A stretch of 64,000 bases of DNA, from the NCBI RefSeq assembly GCF_032444005.1, contig NC_091286.1:468782001-468846000 (forward strand), written 5' to 3'. The notes beneath the pieces are model-generated. The model made no database searches, had not been told where the DNA came from, and was given only the letters and a program-made list of their open reading frames with translations. Made by a program: the position numbers and the translations under genes. Below, piece after piece: positions 61,935-64,000 of this stretch. Source of the stretch: Ranitomeya imitator (Eukaryota). The stretch's first letter is position 1; each line of letters starts with the position of its first letter.

Positions 61935-63458
61935 TGTTATGGCTGAACAACAAGAGTTATGACTAGGATAAGCAGGAGAAGGCCATAACAACATAGCAAA
62001 GGATTTCAAGTTGCCTTTTACTTAGTTCGAAAAGTAATTAAGAAATATCAGCTAACCGCAACAGTGGAGATCAAAATAAGGTCTGGAATACCAAGCAAAA
62101 TTTCAGTAAGAACTGCCCATAGGATTACTAGAGAGGCAAATCATATTCCCTGCTTAACTGCAAAACGCCTTTGGAAAGATTTTGCAGACTCTTGAGTTCT
62201 GGTACATTGTATTGTTCTACTGTTCAGAGACACCTGCACAAATATTGATTTCATTGAAGAGTAATCAGAAGAAAACCTCTTCTGCATCCTCATCATAAAA
62301 CTGAGCATCAGAAATATGCAAAAGAACATGTAAACAAGCCTGATGCATTTTGGAAACAAGTCCTGTGGATCAATGAGATTAGAATAGAATTCTTTGGCCA
62401 CAATAATCAAAAATACATGTGGAAAAAAAAGGGCAAATTATTTTAGGAAAAGAACATTTAGCTAAACATTAAGCATGGGGGTGGATCAATAATATTTTGA
62501 GGTTGTGTTGCAGCCAATGGCACAGGGAAGATTTCACGGGTAGAGGGAAGAATGGATTCAATGAAATTTCAACACATTCTTGATGCAAACATAGCACCAT
62601 CTGTAAAAAAGCTTAGGATGAAAAGAGAATGGCTTCTACAAATGGATAATGATAATAAACACAGGTCAAAGTCCACAATAGACTACCTCAAAAGGCACAA
62701 GCTGAAGGTTTTACAATGACCCTCATGGTCCCCTGTTATGTCAGACTGTAAAAGGAGTTAGTGGACAATATTCTGTGCCGCCGACATAATGGATATTTGT
62801 CTCCATTCTGTTGGCAGCGCAGAATATTGTCCACTAACTCCTTTTACAGTCTGATGTCTGATGGTCACATGCTGACCTGTGGATCTGCTGTGGCTGATTT
62901 TCTATATTATATGTGTCTTTAGCAGCTTGAACAGGTGAGTTTAATCTGAGCTAAACTAACTGTATTTCTCCGATAAGACCTTATTTGCGCTAAACTAACT
63001 GTATTTCTCCGATAAGACCTTATTTGCGCTGATTTCTCCTACAGTTTCTTGTTATGAACATCATCAAATATCTGTGGCTAGACCTAAAAATAGCAGTGCA
63101 TACAAGATGACCCAGGAATCTCACAGAACTGGAAGAATTTTCCAAGGAAGAATGGATGAAAATCCCTCAAACAAGAATTGAATGACTCTAGGCTGCCTAA
63201 GAAAAGCAGTTACAAGCTGGAATACTTGCAAAAAGGGGTGCTGCTAGGTACTAACCATGTAGTGTGCCCATACTTTTGCATTAGCCCGTTTTCCTTTTTG
63301 TTATATTTAAAATGCAAAATATGAAAAAATATATTTTTTTTTGCCTAAAATACAAAAAAAAATGATATCTTTAACTTTAGGTTTTATAGTCAACTTACTT
63401 AACTGCTTACAATAACAATAATTTTGACTAGGGGTGCCCAAACTTTTACGTGCCACTG
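61935..63458 (+). mobile_element. Old Tc1-like remnant with a 309-bp insertion in the catalytic region
   Basis: Decayed transposase (VLWINE.R, KHGGGS, DNDNKH); right end GGGGTGCCCAAACTTTTACGTGCCACTG|TA; left TIR absent. Confidence 0.8.
62741..63049. other. Unclassified 309-bp insertion with a 114-bp terminal hairpin
   Basis: 7-bp direct repeat TGTTATG at 62734-62740 and 63050-63056; perfect 35-bp inverted repeat 62741-62775/62820-62854; perfect 39-bp tandem duplication 62950-63027. Confidence 0.7.
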
Positions 63459-64000
63459 TATTTACTAGACAAATATTAGGTTATTTAATGCCTGTGCTGC
63501 TATATTTTTGCAAAAAATGAATATTTTAGCTTTATCCGCCGTTTATTACCATACAGAATATTTTATGTTAAAGACGGACAATAACATAATAAAATTAGGA
63601 GGATGAAGGTAATTTTCTATTTCCATCATCCATGCATCGTGTCTGCTCATAATTAGTAACACTATAAACAGCAGGAGCTAGCAATTGCTCTGCTGCATTT
63701 ATTTTCCTACGCTTCATTAGCTATGCAGCGCTGTGGCTCAGACAAACTAGTGCAACTGGCATGAAGGAAATCATACACAGCGTAATGGACTGGCACACAT
63801 CCAAACTGCTAATCTACCATGTGATTGATAGGACTTCAGCCTCCTATTTGGATGATATTTTAACATCTTTTCAATACCCCTAGAGTTATTATGATTCAGC
63901 CCAGATTGTTCAGATATGATGATTTATACAATAAATCAGGTTACACATGATATGTTTGTCAGGTTGAAAGACAATCTCAATATCAAAGCTATGTAAGTGT

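Overview
Eukaryotic, repeat-saturated vertebrate DNA, most likely an anuran frog (inferred from the element repertoire, not demonstrated). Most of the window is a nested mosaic of transposable elements. Retroelements: four L2-clade LINEs from two subfamilies (one with an uninterrupted 1086-aa endonuclease+RT ORF), a decayed chromodomain Ty3/Gypsy element, a clean solo LTR, a tRNA-derived SINE and a CR1 3' end. DNA transposons: about seven Tc1/mariner copies or remnants (one is a single stop codon from intact) and many non-autonomous elements (hAT with 8-bp TSDs, piggyBac-like and Kolobok/T2-like at TTAA, Harbinger-like, pogo-like). Several minisatellites are also present. Short splice-site-bounded, phase-compatible + strand segments (7.3, 41.1, 41.3, 46.6 kb, possibly 48.9 kb) suggest the window is mostly intron of one host gene that I cannot name. 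Best leads: (1) two inverted hammerhead-ribozyme-like motifs at the centre of a foldback element, one split by the solo LTR; (2) degenerate telomeric arrays carried inside piggyBac-like elements; (3) a hAT MITE family whose internal hairpin is duplicated into a 591-bp palindrome of palindromes; (4) a Tc1 whose flanking satellites point in opposite directions; (5) a 2A/StopGo-like GDISPNPGP motif in both L2 subfamilies. No CRISPR, rRNA or tRNA gene is supported. Family names come from terminal motifs and protein motifs read by eye; no database search was run.
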